A DNA stretch of 63,742 nt, the filler included, from Collodictyon triciliatum (Eukaryota): NCBI GenBank assembly GCA_043381765.1. It is 5 parts of 5 records of this genome, joined end to end, with 100 filler letters (N's around TTAATTAATTAA, not from the genome) between each part and the next. Parts side by side here need not be neighbours in the genome. Positions count along the whole stretch, not along the records: positions 29,752 to 44,522 come from JBHJMP010001778.1; positions 44,623 to 59,389 come from JBHJMP010001779.1; 3 more parts are not named here. One strand, given 5' to 3'. The translations under genes were made by a program, and so were the position numbers. Below, piece by piece: positions 37,101-50,967 of the stretch. Positions within the stretch are counted from its first letter, which is position 1. The number at the start of each line of letters is the position of its first letter. The notes below the pieces were generated by a model. The model was not told the origin of the DNA. It worked only from the letters and a program-made list of their open reading frames with translations, and did not search any database.

Positions 37101-39919
37101 ATGTTTTAATTAAGGACACTCTTCAAAAATCTTTCGGACCTAAAACGGGGTTGATGTTGTGGTACTTCTCGCGAGGAATCGACGATAGGCCCCTCCAAAC
37201 CCACCAAGTAGTAATTTTCCTGTATATTTCAACAAATGGATTATATAAGTATCCTATCTTTTTCTATGGTGTCACTTTAACAACTCCAAATTATTACTCA
37301 AAGGAAAGGAAATCAGTTGGATGCGAAATTAGCTGGGGTGTTCGCTTCAACAAAGATTCTGATGCCATAGAGTTTATCACGCAATTGGCTGGTGAGGTGG
37401 CTCATCGACTAAACGAATCAAAACTTGAGGGGAAGTGCTTGACCTTAAAGGTTTAGAAACATATAATCTTTTTTTTTTATCAAGTTTCGATATTTTGGAA
37501 TCAAATACTACAGTTAATAATTTGTTCCAAGCCATATTTTTCTTCATATAAGCGTAATGTTGCCTCTTTTCTGGGAAAATATAAATATACACATCAAAAA
37601 TGATAGCACAAGAGGGTATATAAAATTTTCATGGCTACTTCCCAGTTAAAAATCCGGAAACAAGATGCGCCAATCGACCCACCAAAGTTTTTAGGCCACG
37701 GTCCATGTGATAATCACTCTCGCTCCACAACACTTCACCGCTTTATTTCCACGCAGGTAAACACACCTTGCTTTTCTAAAAAAAAATAAAAAAAAACAGT
37801 CAGGAATATTATTATGTCCAAAAGCTATTTCATCGCTCGTCACACAGCTACATCGAAAATGACATGATATGATTATACACTTCATATAGATGGATATTGC
37901 GAAAGAATCTGTTTCAATTTTCCGTTGCTTCAAGGTATGTCATTCCTTTGCTGCCTTATATCTTCTAAAATCGCATTAATGGATCAGATTTCAGACATCT
38001 TAAAATCCGAAAAAAAAATATCGTACATAGCAATTCATGATGATTTTTTTACGCTTAGTTTGCAGTAGAGGATATACGAGGTGTTGGAATTGCGCTGAGT
38101 AAGCTCCAGACTTCATCCCCTATTGCTTCAGTAGACAAAGCTAATTTGAAGACCTTTTTCAAGCACACAGACCCCAGAGATAATCCAATACAAGTGAATT
38201 TGTTACACCTTTATCTAAACGATGCACACTGGTTTATTATGTAGAATTTTTGCAAATGATCGAACCAATCAAATCGTCGACAAATATTATACATTAAATA
38301 ATCCTCAGACTACTAACCATAGTTTCCTATATGCTCTATTTAGCCAGCAGATAAGTCAGCCACTCTATTACAAATATCAACTCCATCGGATGACAGGATT
38401 TCAGCTGAGAGACATGTTTTTGAAGAAACCAAATCTCTGCACAAGACAGAAAATGAAAATGAAAACCAAATTGAAAATAAGCCTCGTGTTACTACAGAAT
38501 TACAGGTATAATAAAACTCTTTTACTGATATTTTTTGTCCGATAGATTTCCCAAAATAATTATTACAAACTATGAGTGACAATCAAAAAGAGTATAATCA
38601 ATGAACCATAGATTCTACTTATTCTAATGTATAATTGTTTTGTTTATATCTAATGTTCATGCTGAAATGCTCTCATCTATCATCATATGTATCCCAACAA
38701 CCAAAAAAAAAAAAAAAATCATCTTATAACTGAACATCGATTTCTTAGAAACAAGAGCCGAGGAAAAGAGGTCGACCCAAGAGCAAACCCAAACCTCAAT
38801 CAATTCCCTCAGAGGTGTCAGAGCTCTTGGACACTCTAACTCCAAGTAATACTCACGGTTTATATTGATAAGAAGATAGCCTCAAACTGTACGAATAGTA
38901 GTAATTCGTTTTATTCCATCTAAAGCCTAGTTTCTTTCCTCTGTAAAAATTTAATTTATATTTCCAACAAAGAAACAAGAAAGGAGGTGCTCATAGATTA
39001 CTACCGTCAGACTCTCATTCCAAAGAAACTTGAGCTGACAGAAACATGCACAATTTCATATGATTTGTAAGCTATCATTATTTTTCAAAAAAGACATTAG
39101 TTTGCGACCAGAAAACGGACTTTCAAATTCCACATATCAACCACTTTGTTTCCTTTATTTTTCCAACAACAAAAAAAAAAAAAAAAAATTACCACCAAAC
39201 AGAAATACCAATACGATTGACTCACCAAAGAGAGGCACTTCTGTGGCAAAAGAAGCACTCCAGCAAAGTAATTGGTTATGTCGTATCAATATCTCGTTTT
39301 TTAAAAGGATGTGCGATAATACCTTCATGTTTTTCAAGATAATACATCATAACATGATTGAATGTAATCGATTCATCCATCATCATGCAGATTGCAAATC
39401 AGAGAGATGTTGCCTTTTCACAGAGCTTTTCGCATTATGTGCCTCTCCCTTCAGGCTCCAAGAATTTTTGTGCACTGGATTGGATAGTGGTTCACTTAAT
39501 CATGAGGAAATTTATCACGCATTTACGCAGTTGTTTGATAAGTTGATGCAAGACGAAGACACTGAAACAATACAAGTAGTGTTGCGCTTCCTTAATCGGT
39601 ATGAGTTTGTTTAAGCAACATCTTGGATGTTTGTCGTTTCTATCAGTTTTCGATGTTTTTTTTTTTGAAACCCTATATATTTTTCAGACGATACTGAACG
39701 CCATCATGATACCTAAATTCGACTGTGTGGTGTTATCTATGCCTCAAGAAAAACGAATTCAGTTCTCTGTAGTTTTTTTTTCTTTATTTAATTTGCCTAT
39801 GACCTGCGAATACCAGTTTCTACAGACGCAGAAACGCAGGCGCAAATTGCTTCGCACGACTCCACTCAAAATGCGATGAATGGCTTTTGAAGACTTTGGG
39901 TTATCGCTTTTCTTTGTAA
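34137..39919 (+). CDS. REV1: DNA repair protein REV1 (Y-family deoxycytidyl transferase with BRCT and C-terminal domain)
   Basis: [135 protein letters not shown]. Last exon ends ...KTLGYRFSL* at 39919. Confidence 0.95.
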
Positions 39920-40336
39920 TAACGAAGCCCGACCTTTCATGTCTATGAACACATTCATGCATATACACAAATAAATGCACATCTTTGTCTGGCTATATCA
40001 TTCTTCATGCAATTAAATGCTATACACTCCCCGATGTACCACACAAAAACGTGACAAACCTAGCATGGAGTCATCCAATCAACCACATTATATATTTTAA
40101 ATTATCTATTTGTATCGAAACAATACACAAAGATGAGAGGATTGTAGTCCTTTCACGATTCTGCATTTTGTTTTCATTTATTTGTAATGGTATGTTGTGG
40201 GCTTGGTCAGATTTGCTTAAAGTTTCCTAAATGCATTCAAAAAATATAAATGAGAAGGGAACTCAAATAGAGGAAACAGAGCAAAAAAAAAGTTTGTGTT
40301 CTGTAATCCTGTGAGAATCTGAAAGGGTATGATTCT

Positions 40337-43300
40337 TTACTTTTCACGCTCAGCGTTTGCCGCCTTCTCAACCCAGGGTTGGACCACTTCCCAGATTTTA
40401 TTGTCGCGGACAAGCTTCACCACAGCCTCGATATCTGGTGCCATGTATCGGTCCTGGTCCCACTTGGGCACGTGGTCGCGCACAAGCTTGTGCAGTGCCT
40501 CCAAAGCCGGAGTAGAGCGCAGTGGTCTCAGAAACTCTAAACCCTGCATAATGCCGAGGCACACATAGCATGAAAGGTGCATGGATTAATGATTTTGTAA
40601 CAATTTTTTCCTTCTGGAGGCTGGTCGAACCAAAGATGTAAAGTGAACTTGAGGTTGTGCATAAATAGGCTGACGTGGTGCGTGTATATATTGGCGATTG
40701 CGTGATGCAGACTAAGATAAATGTGTAATAGTTTTACCTGTGCAGCCGCCAGCAGCTCGATGGCTATAACAGTTTCGACATTCTCGACAACTTGGAGAGC
40801 CTTCCTGGCACTCATCCCGCCCATGGACACATGGTCTGAAAATAATTCATCCGAATAAATTAAGTTCGTGTCAGAGGAGAAAAATGATGTTGGTGATATA
40901 GTAACATTCTTTTTTGAATTAGTTGGGCACCTTCTTTAGCTGCGGACGTCGAAAGAGAATCCACAGATGATGGATGACAAAGAACCTATTCCCAAAAATA
41001 TTGTCAACACTCCTGATGTACCCTCAGAGATAAGTTTCTTACCCAGATGATGCGGTAACAAGCAAGGCAATCATATTAAAGGAAACCTTATTCTCAGATA
41101 CAAGCGCTGCGGCTGTGCAATGGGCGATCATGAATCCTGAATTGAGTCCACCTTTTTCCACAAGAAAAGCAGGAAGTTCGCTCAGCGTAGGGTTGCATAG
41201 GCGCTCAATGCGGCGCTCACTGAACAAAGTTGTGGGTATATAAGCAAAATATGGGATGTATGGCCATAGAAACTTCAACATATTCCCTTTTAAGTTCATT
41301 AATATATGGAAAACAAGGAGCAAATATAAAAGTTACCTAATACTTGCTATTTCGTGAATACCGATGGCAAGATAATCTAAAGCCTTTAGATAGCAATCGT
41401 TAACTTTATGAATGAATCAAGGTACAATTGCGCCCTATCTTACACGTGCTTTTTGAACAGGATTTCATCACCTTTCAGAATAATTTCAACATAAACCGCA
41501 ATGTACATTTCATGTAAAACTATAAGTCGAGAAGAGCTCAAGCATAAGATAGTATTTTGCCTTTGCTGGGTATTCTCCGTGGAAGTTTCCACCAGAGATA
41601 ATCTTGCCTGTACTTGCGAATATCATGGGATTATCAGTGGCGCTGTTCATTTCGGTGGTGAGGATTTTCTTTACAAATTCGATTGTGTCATGCGAAATAC
41701 CATGGACCTTTTTCGATTTATGCATTACTTAATGACATTTTCTTGTATGGAATGCATGAGTGCGCTTCACTCAGCTGCAAAGAAAACAATATCCAATATA
41801 ACCATGTCTCGAAAAAGTATAGTTACTTGCGGCAAGCAACGAAGAGTGTAACTATCTTGGACTTTTGTACACCCAACGTGACTGTTTCCTATCTCCGAAT
41901 AGTAATCCTGATCATCATGTTCCTCATCGTGCATCAGTGCTCGAAGGCTATTATTTTGTTAACTTAAGGAGAATGTCATATCTGTTGCACACCTGATCAT
42001 GTGATATTTGAAGGAGAAAATAATTCACGGCTGTGATCTTTTTCATACTTTTCCGGTGATTATCAAGATGGGAATAACAATTAAGATAAAAAAAATTGTC
42101 AAAACAAAAAAAAACAAAAAACAAACACTGATGCAACCAGTTTCTGTCCGGGGTGTGGTCGAGCTCGGTGAACTTCTGCATTGAATGGCTTTACACTTCC
42201 ACGGAGAACCTCTAGTGTTAATGCTGCAATCACGTCCGCCTGTTTTGAATACCAATTTTTTTTATCATATCAGAAGACTGACCTTAACATTTTCTTTTTT
42301 TTTTTTCAATGCCTTGATTTCAAATGGATATACTATAAAAAAAAAAACATGATCAAACAACTGAGAATCATTATAATGAAAATAAGACTGTGAATACTAA
42401 AAAGCATCAAACACCCAAAAGCTCACTTGCATACACGCTCGCTCGGCCCGCACCAGTGCTTCGACTCCCAAAGCCGTGATAAACTGGGTCCCATTAATCA
42501 ACGCGAGGCCTGCAAAAGAAAGCAAAGGACAAATATATCAGTCTAAACAAGCACACATAGAAGAATTCAAAGTAAAAAAAAAAAAAGGGACCGCTTTGGA
42601 AACTACAGAAATGAATAGTTTGCATGTTCGGATGTCAATAGAAATAAAAAAGAATGACAAAACTTCGTGTCTTTGGTAGATGTAAAATGCTTGAAACGAA
42701 AATTGGAACAAAGAAATGAAAGAGGAGAATCCGAAGTTGTGTCCAGAAACCAAGACAATTAAATGATAGAAGAAGTTGATGGTGATGCCAACCCTCTTTC
42801 GCCCCGAGTTGGATGGGTGTGAGGCTGTGGCGGGAGAGCACTTCCTGGGCAGGACACCATTGACTCGATGCTGGGTCCCACAAACGCCCTTCGCCTAGAA
42901 GCCCCAGGGCAAGATGCGCCAGAGGTGCAAGGTCGCCAGACGCTCCAACAGTCCCTGCATTATTTGAATACATTCTTTGGTTAAAAAAAAAATGCAAATG
43001 GCTGCTTGAAGATGATTTTGACATAAAATAAAAATCATGCACAAATGAGCTTGAGGAATGATTGCGATACATTCAAAGTTAATTTCAAACCACTTCTAAA
43101 AATTGACGATTGAGATTTAATCATCATTTAGAACCAAAAAAAAAATGAAGGAAACGTATTTTGCTTATTTAAGATTCGTTTCGAGTGTTTTTCTTAACGT
43201 CCTATTTTCGCAACGATAATCTTCTTCTAAAGGAGAAAGCATGATACGTGTGTAAAATAAGGGTGAAATAAGCACGAACCTTTCTCAGGAACATAAGAAA

Positions 43301-44405
43301 CTATCCCCTTATTGAAAGCGTCGATGAGCTTGCGCACCGTCTCTGGGCGAATGCCGCTGTGTCCCTGCACAATCGGAATCCACACTTTACCACAAAACTC
43401 GTAGGGAAATCATATTGATGTCTCAGATGATTGGCACCAGGGCTGTATACCTTGCAAAGGACATTCACTCGTAACACAAGGAGCATTCGCGCACGCTTCG
43501 GTACGGAGCAGGAGGGTTATCAAGGTTTTGGAAAGGAGGATATTGGTTGATTTAGAACGTATTGTGGAACAGGAGATCAAACTATGGAAAAAATCAGAAT
43601 AGAAAGCCTGGTGATTTGATGCCAGACCGCGAGATGAAAGAGGACACAATTCTTATTTGAATCGTAGAAGGTTGTCACGAGTGTGTGAGTCAAAGAAATG
43701 GCCCAAACTATGAGCTTGTCGGTGTTGAGTATACCTCGATGCTCAATGGATTCCCGACGCCGGCTGAGTGCGAGCGAATCAGATTTTCCTGCAGTGTCTG
43801 CAGCTGTTCAGGAGGAATAACAACGGATGCAAAGTTTCCAAAGCCCGTGTTAATCCCGTACGCCACCTGCATGAAGTGATATGTGTTCAGCAGTATAGGT
43901 AAATAATCTAAATCAAATGCATTTGCATATTGTCTCCTATTTTCTAATTCAGTGGGAAAAAATAAAGGAAAGTGACATAGGAAGAGCATACCTCCCCACT
44001 CTGGATTATGGCATCGACCATGAGCCGCGATGCTTTGATCCGGTCCCACGCGTCGTCCTTTATAGCCAGCTGCACAGGGCGGAGTGATGAACCGGAAAAA
44101 TACAAAATGAAAAGAATGAATGAATGTCTAATAATGTTGCTTGTGCATATAGTTAAAAGAAGAAGGGGGTGCATCGTGACACTCACACGATATTTAAACA
44201 ATGCCGCATCGACCAACTGCTCAGGCGTCAACGTTTCTCCGTCGAGATGCAGCGTCGGGCGTGTGACTTTGCGGGTTTTGGATGCAGAATATGCTTCAGA
44301 AGAGTCAGCTTCGCTCGATTGCGACGTGTGTGGCGGTCTGTGCTCAACGTCTCGTTTCCGTGACTCTTTCGGATGTTCGCTCTCGTCGTGTTTGTGTCCC
44401 TCCAT
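40337..44405 (-). CDS. HAL: Histidine ammonia-lyase (histidase)
   Basis: [36 protein letters not shown] (MIO-forming ASG), [76 protein letters not shown]. Confidence 0.96.
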
Positions 44406-44470
44406 TTTCAACTCCAGGCCAACTCGGCAGATTGTTTCTCTGTTTTTTTTTTGTTTTTTTTTGTTTTTTT

Positions 44471-44522
<52 letters not shown>

Positions 44523-44622
44523 NNNNNNNNNNNNNNNNNNNNNNNNNNNNNNNNNNNNNNNNNNNNTTAATTAATTAANNNNNNNNNNNNNNNNNNNNNN
44601 NNNNNNNNNNNNNNNNNNNNNN
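44523..44622. other. Artificial contig-joining spacer
   Basis: N44-TTAATTAATTAA-N44 flanked by poly-T and (TTTTTATTG)n. Confidence 0.97.
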
Positions 44623-45308
44623 TATTGTTTTTATTGTTTTTATTGTTTTTATTGTTTTTATTGTTTTTATTGTTTTTATTGTTTTTATTGTTTTTATTGT
44701 TTTTATTGTTTTTATTGTTTTTGTTTTTGTTTTTGTTTTTGTTATTTAGTTTGTGCTTGACTTCTAATATTTTTTACATGCTATTTCGGACGAAACAATA
44801 AATGTGGAAATTATATAAATGCAAATAAAATATTCATTAGTTGTAATATTGTCGAGCCATAATGCTACAAACCTATTGAAAAATGTTTAAATGATACATT
44901 ATACAATAATTGAGACAGGATTCCATTACCCCTCTGTATGTTTATGGTAACTGCTGCGTTTTGTTTCATCTTCGCCTTTCGGTTACCTCCGCTGTTCTTC
45001 AAAGCCGACAGTAAAACACTTCCGATGCATCAGCAAAAAGAAATCACAGACGATTTGCAACCCACTCAATAGTCTCGTGACTCCATTTCTTTGTTTCCCT
45101 CCCGTTATTTCTCCTTAAGCTGTTCTTTTTTTCCCTTTTTCTTCCCTTTTTCTTCCCTCTCTCTCCTTTTTCAATTTTTTTCCATTTTCCCCTCTTTTTT
45201 TTGTACTTTTTCCCTTTTTTTTCCCTTTTTTCCTTTTTCCTCCACTATGTTCTATTCGTTCACTGTTTTTTTCCCCTCAAGACCAGAGTTGTTTGTGCCT
45301 CAGAGGAA

Positions 45309-45610
45309 ATGTCGCTGGACGAGCTGCTTCGCTTTGCGACACTGGATTTCCGCCCTCGAAAGAAAACGATCGATCAGGCCACGCGGCTGGAAATCACAAA
45401 CGCAGACCTGATCGATATCCCCGACTGCATCCAGGAGTTGTCGCGGTTGAAGCGGCTGAGTTTGGACAGAAATAAAGTAAGTCAACCAATCAAAGGGCGA
45501 ACATAGTGTTAAAAGGACGCAAGCTTATGACTTTGCTGATCATTTTACCTTATGAATACATAGAGAATAATTTGTGGTTATACTCTTATTCTTATTTCAT
45601 TTTTACATGG

Positions 45611-45671
<61 letters not shown>

Positions 45672-48600
45672 GGTTACTAAAATTGAATCGTTTCTTCGTC
45701 TCACGATTCTGCTGATTGGAATCACTGGAAACGCAGATTTCAAACATACCAAACCACTTCTCGGTTTTGACCCGAATGGAAGAATTATATCTATCGAGCA
45801 ACCTGGTTCCTTTTTCATTTTCCTTTTCCTTATTTTCAAGGAAACACATATTCATTCAAAATGCTGCAATGAAAAGTCGATTTCATGTTTACTGTAGGCA
45901 GTATGCTGACTAATGTATCATCGCTACACTTATTCTTTTTGAGTCGAGCAAAGAATTACCAAAAAAAAAATAACACCTTTAGTTTACCCATTTGCCCGAT
46001 GCAATCATGTACATGAGAAGCCTGTGCATTTTATGGATAGACTCCAATCCTGTACAATCAGCTATATATTACATAAAATCCTAAATTATATAAGGAGGGC
46101 CGATTTGTATTTTATGAGATAATTTTTTGGAAAAGCGATGTTTCTTCCTTAATGAGGCATCTACGCTTATCAAAATCCTCCTACAAATGTGACATACTTG
46201 CTGTATTTAGATACTTCACCTTCCTGAATGGATTACTGGCCTGAAGTCGCTTGCTGTGCTCAAGATTTCAGACTCTGAGAATGTTGCAGTGGTATTCATT
46301 TACTTGATTAGCATATTATTTTTACACTACAATCCATGTAACGTGATTCTCAAGTACGGTATTCAATCATCGGCTTTGATAAATCATCATTTATTCTTTC
46401 TTTATTCGATTCAGTATGCTCCTACCATCGGAAAATGAATATTACCAATTTTACCTTTGAACAGTTGAGGAAAGCACCTCGGGGTATCACAAAACTACCA
46501 TGTTGGAACGACCCAAATGAAGGAGCATCTCTTAAGGAGCTTATCCTATACGACCAAACGATGTCATTCCATGTCAATGAAGGCCTTATATCTATCGACA
46601 GTTTAATTCCGGAATGGTCAAACTCGATCAAAATTGATGCGTCATGTAATAAGGTATTATATATTGAAACACGTATGGGACTACACTGAATTTTGAAGCT
46701 TATTTGAAGGAAAGAACATAAGTCACTGAATATTGTGTGTCGACTTTCAATAATACCCTTCTTTCCGACTCTACACCAGATTATGGCTTTACCGGAGTTG
46801 GTAACATCATTAACAAGACTAAAAGTTCTTATCTTGAGCCATAACCAAGTAAAAAAATTGAATATGAATCCTTTTTTCCTTTTTCCTTTTTCCTTTTTCC
46901 TTTTTCCTTTTTCCTTTTTCCTTTTTCCTTTTTCCTTTTTCCTTTTTCCTAAAATTAATTATACCTCATTTACCCTTCTTCATTTCTCAGATACCGGCCA
47001 TCCCACCAGGCATGACAACACTCGATAATCTAGACGAGCTCCATTTGGATAATAATCTGGTATTTTCTAACGCTCGGATAAAAGCCTGATCCCCTTTTCA
47101 TGATATGATAGTTATACTGCTTGAATCAAATCACCATCAAATTTACCACTTTTTTTTTAACATAGCTTACCTGGATTCCACCTCTGCACACTATGACAAA
47201 CCTCAAAGTTCTCAAACTTAGAGACAATAAATTTATTCCGGGAACTCAAGCCATCATGAATGCCTTAGATATGCAGTCAGACACCTTAAATCTGCGTGAA
47301 CAGTATCTATCAAATATCCCTGATTCTATCACATTGCTTCCATGGAAACCGTCTGATTTGGATTTGTCCGAAAATGAAGTACGAGTGATATTCAGATGAC
47401 ATCAGAAATCAATCAAACAATCAATATATTATCTCCTGCATATTACTTATTTCTGTAATAGCTTTCCGTCATACCAGACTGGGTCCCGAAGCTCACTTGG
47501 CTGCAAACTCTGAACTTGAACAGAAATAATGTGATTTTAAGATAAATTTCTGATTTAATTTTTAAAATTTTTTGGTGATGATGAATATCTCAATTGTCTA
47601 TGTTAAAGTTTTTCCGAAGACTATAATGATGATATTCATATTGCCAAAATAGATTTCAGATATTCCTTCATCATTTTTCCAGCTTCAGAGACTGACGCAA
47701 CTAAAGATGAAGGGAAATTCGGTATTGACAATTTCTCTTCTCTTTTCTTTTCCTTTTCACAATCCACTCCAATATTCTTCTGAAAATTAAGACTTTCTTG
47801 TGAATAAGACATTGATTAAATCGAAATCATTTATATCCCCTACTGTGTAGCCCTCAATTAGCTTTAAATATTTTAATAAGTAAACGACAAAAAATTAGTT
47901 GACACTTTTGCCAGATATGAGAAGTTTGACCCAGCTGAAGGTGTTATTGCTACATGAGAACCACTTTCTCCCTCCAGTCCAGCATTTATTGGATGCTGCT
48001 GACCTGACAACTGTCAAACTGGATGCCAAAGGAAAGAGCCTCTCCGAGTTGCCCAACATAATCGAGAAGCTTCCATGGAAGCCCCTTCACTTTGATGTCT
48101 CACAGAATCACGTATCATTATTTTTTTTATTTTGCACAATAATTTTGTAGTTTTAATATTAAAGTTATACTTATCTTTATTCAATTCCAACTAATAACGA
48201 ATGATATTCAGCTTTACACTCTTCCAGCCTGGGTCTATAAATACAGCTTCCTCACTCATCTGGACATTAGCGAGAACAAGGTAATATTTGATGCTCAAGG
48301 TACAACATCGTCAGTATTTGTTTTCATGATTTGGGCGATCGCCTCCATAAGCACAGTAGCAAAATAAAATAATTGAAAACTTTCCTCTAATAATTACCAT
48401 GTTTCATTAGCTTCAAACTCTTCCTGAATTCTTGACTTTCTTTTCGAGCCTAGAGGAATTACACGCCAGTTCGAACGAGGTTGTCTCTCATTCGATTTTT
48501 ATAATTGTTTAATCACTGCGCCACTTTTTATTTTTTCGATTTCTTGACTAATATAATAGCATTTTTGTGTCTTACAGATGACAGCAATACCGGACTTTTC

Positions 48601-50903
48601 AAAGATGAACAAGCTTCGTGTGCTTAATCTCCGAAATAATATCTTACCTTCCTCTGCGCAATTATTGTTAGATGGACTGAGCAACCTGAATGAAAAAATC
48701 GAAATTAGAAATAAAAACTTAGTAGAGCTCTCTGACATCCTTCTTTCCGTACCATATCGGAGCACCAGTCTTGATTTGTCTGAAAATCAAGTGAGTTTAC
48801 TTTTCTGTCTTCCATATGTCAATATTTTATGCATCAAAATCTGGGTGTTAACTTAGCATGCCTATCAAGCTCTCCGATTTACCCTCTTGGATTACGAGTT
48901 TGACCGATTTGAAAAGCCTTAATATAAGCAGAAACAAAGTAATTGATATCATTTTAATATCGCACTTAAATTTTATTGAATTCGTGTCAATCGTGATATC
49001 TCGTGAGACCTTGCATAATTTGAACTCCTTCAATGAATTTCAACAATCCAACAGTTTCAATCTATTCCGGACCATATCAGCCTGATGACTAACTTAGTTG
49101 AATTTCTTGCCCATGACAACGAGGTTTCACGTTATTTTCATCACTATTTTTTTTTGCTATTCCAGAATGAGTAACAAATTACTTCAATAGTCTATGTTCT
49201 CATCATCCCTTGTATTTTTATAAAGTTCCTTTTTTTTTAATTTTAGATCAACGAAATGCCAGACCTTCGCAGCTTGACAAACGTGCAAAGATTGTCTCTA
49301 CAAAACAACAGACTTCCTCCTGAAACTCAAGATTTTTTGAGTAATGCCAGCTTCACAGAGAATACAATCGATCTAAGTGTCAAGCGGATGGGCTTTTTGT
49401 CTGAAGACTTCTACTACATGCCACAAAAGCCAGATTTAGACTTGACGAAAAATAGGGTCGAATATGTTATCCTTAGCAAACTACAAATTGTCCTCCATGC
49501 ATTTTTGAAGATAATATTTTGCATAGCTGATTTCAAGTCATAACTTTTTTTCTCGAAATACAGTTTTCGCAGCTCCCTGAAATAATCAGCCGACTTACAC
49601 ACCTGAAGCGCCTGCTAATCCATCAAAATCCTGTACTGGCATATTTATTTACACATAAATGGGACGATCATAATCGTTTAAGGGTATAAAATGTAAGACG
49701 CATGTTTCTTCTGACTCTCAGAATGCATGACAGGTCAATGAACTTCCAGAATGGATCACGCTGTTGAAAAATCTCCAAGCACTGGACATTGTTGCACCAA
49801 CCGGAGCTGTATCTGTGGGTGAATTCCGTCCATGTATATTTATATTTTATGTACTTTTTTTTAATCCTATCGGCACCTGATACACACTTGATTTACTTAA
49901 CATGTGGTATCCAAGCTGATAGCGACGCAATGATGTAGGTAACTCGAGGTCCTAAAGGATTGCAATCCATCCCTTGTTGGTCAAATACACCACAGGGAAA
50001 AGGCCTGAAGATGCTCGAACTATACAAACACTCTGCCTTTTATTTCATTGGAAAACAGGTCGTAGACCTTCCAGGTGGTACTCAAGACTGGGTGGGATTT
50101 ACAAAGATGGATGTATCTGACAATAAGGTAGTATTTAGTTATTGTCTGATAATTACAAGTGGGCGTTATCATGTAAATTTTAAATTCATTTGTTATTTGC
50201 CGGGATTAATATTCCCGTTTATTATATAAAAATGTTTGTTTGGTGGAATCAATAGCTATCATCCCTCCCTGCTGCCTTAGGAAGTCTTAAGCAATTGAGG
50301 TCGCTGGTAATGAATCGAAACCAGGTCTATTTTTTATACTTTTTCTAAAATAAGCATTTCCTAAATACAAAATCCTATAAAATATTTAATTGTACTGATT
50401 TGCAGTACATTCTGTTTGAAAAAAAAATGCAACATAGATTACTGGTCTTCCTCAGTCATTCAGCGGACTTGCGTCCTTGACTGAAATCCAAGCGAATGAT
50501 AACTATGTGATTGTTAATCCAATAAATGTCGAGTCATACTGGAATGATTTATATGTAGAAGAAACCCCTCCGCCGAAAAAAAACCATGTTAATTAACCTT
50601 CAAACTTTGCTGTAGATATCCAAGTTCCCTTTAGTCATTACATCGCTCGGAAATTTGCTGTCATTATCGCTTTCATCAAACCCAGTACGCTCAATATTGA
50701 ATGGCGACACATACCTTTCATATTTCTAGAATTATTAACTATATTTGATACATAGTTAAACCTACCAAAATGCATGTATGAAATTAATGAACTGAATACC
50801 GTAAAACATGGCAAATAAATACATTTTTTTCACCAGGTCACAGATATACCAACCTCCATTTCAAGCTTAAAGAAACTCATCACCATAAATCTGAATAAGA
50901 CCA

Positions 50904-50967
<64 letters not shown>

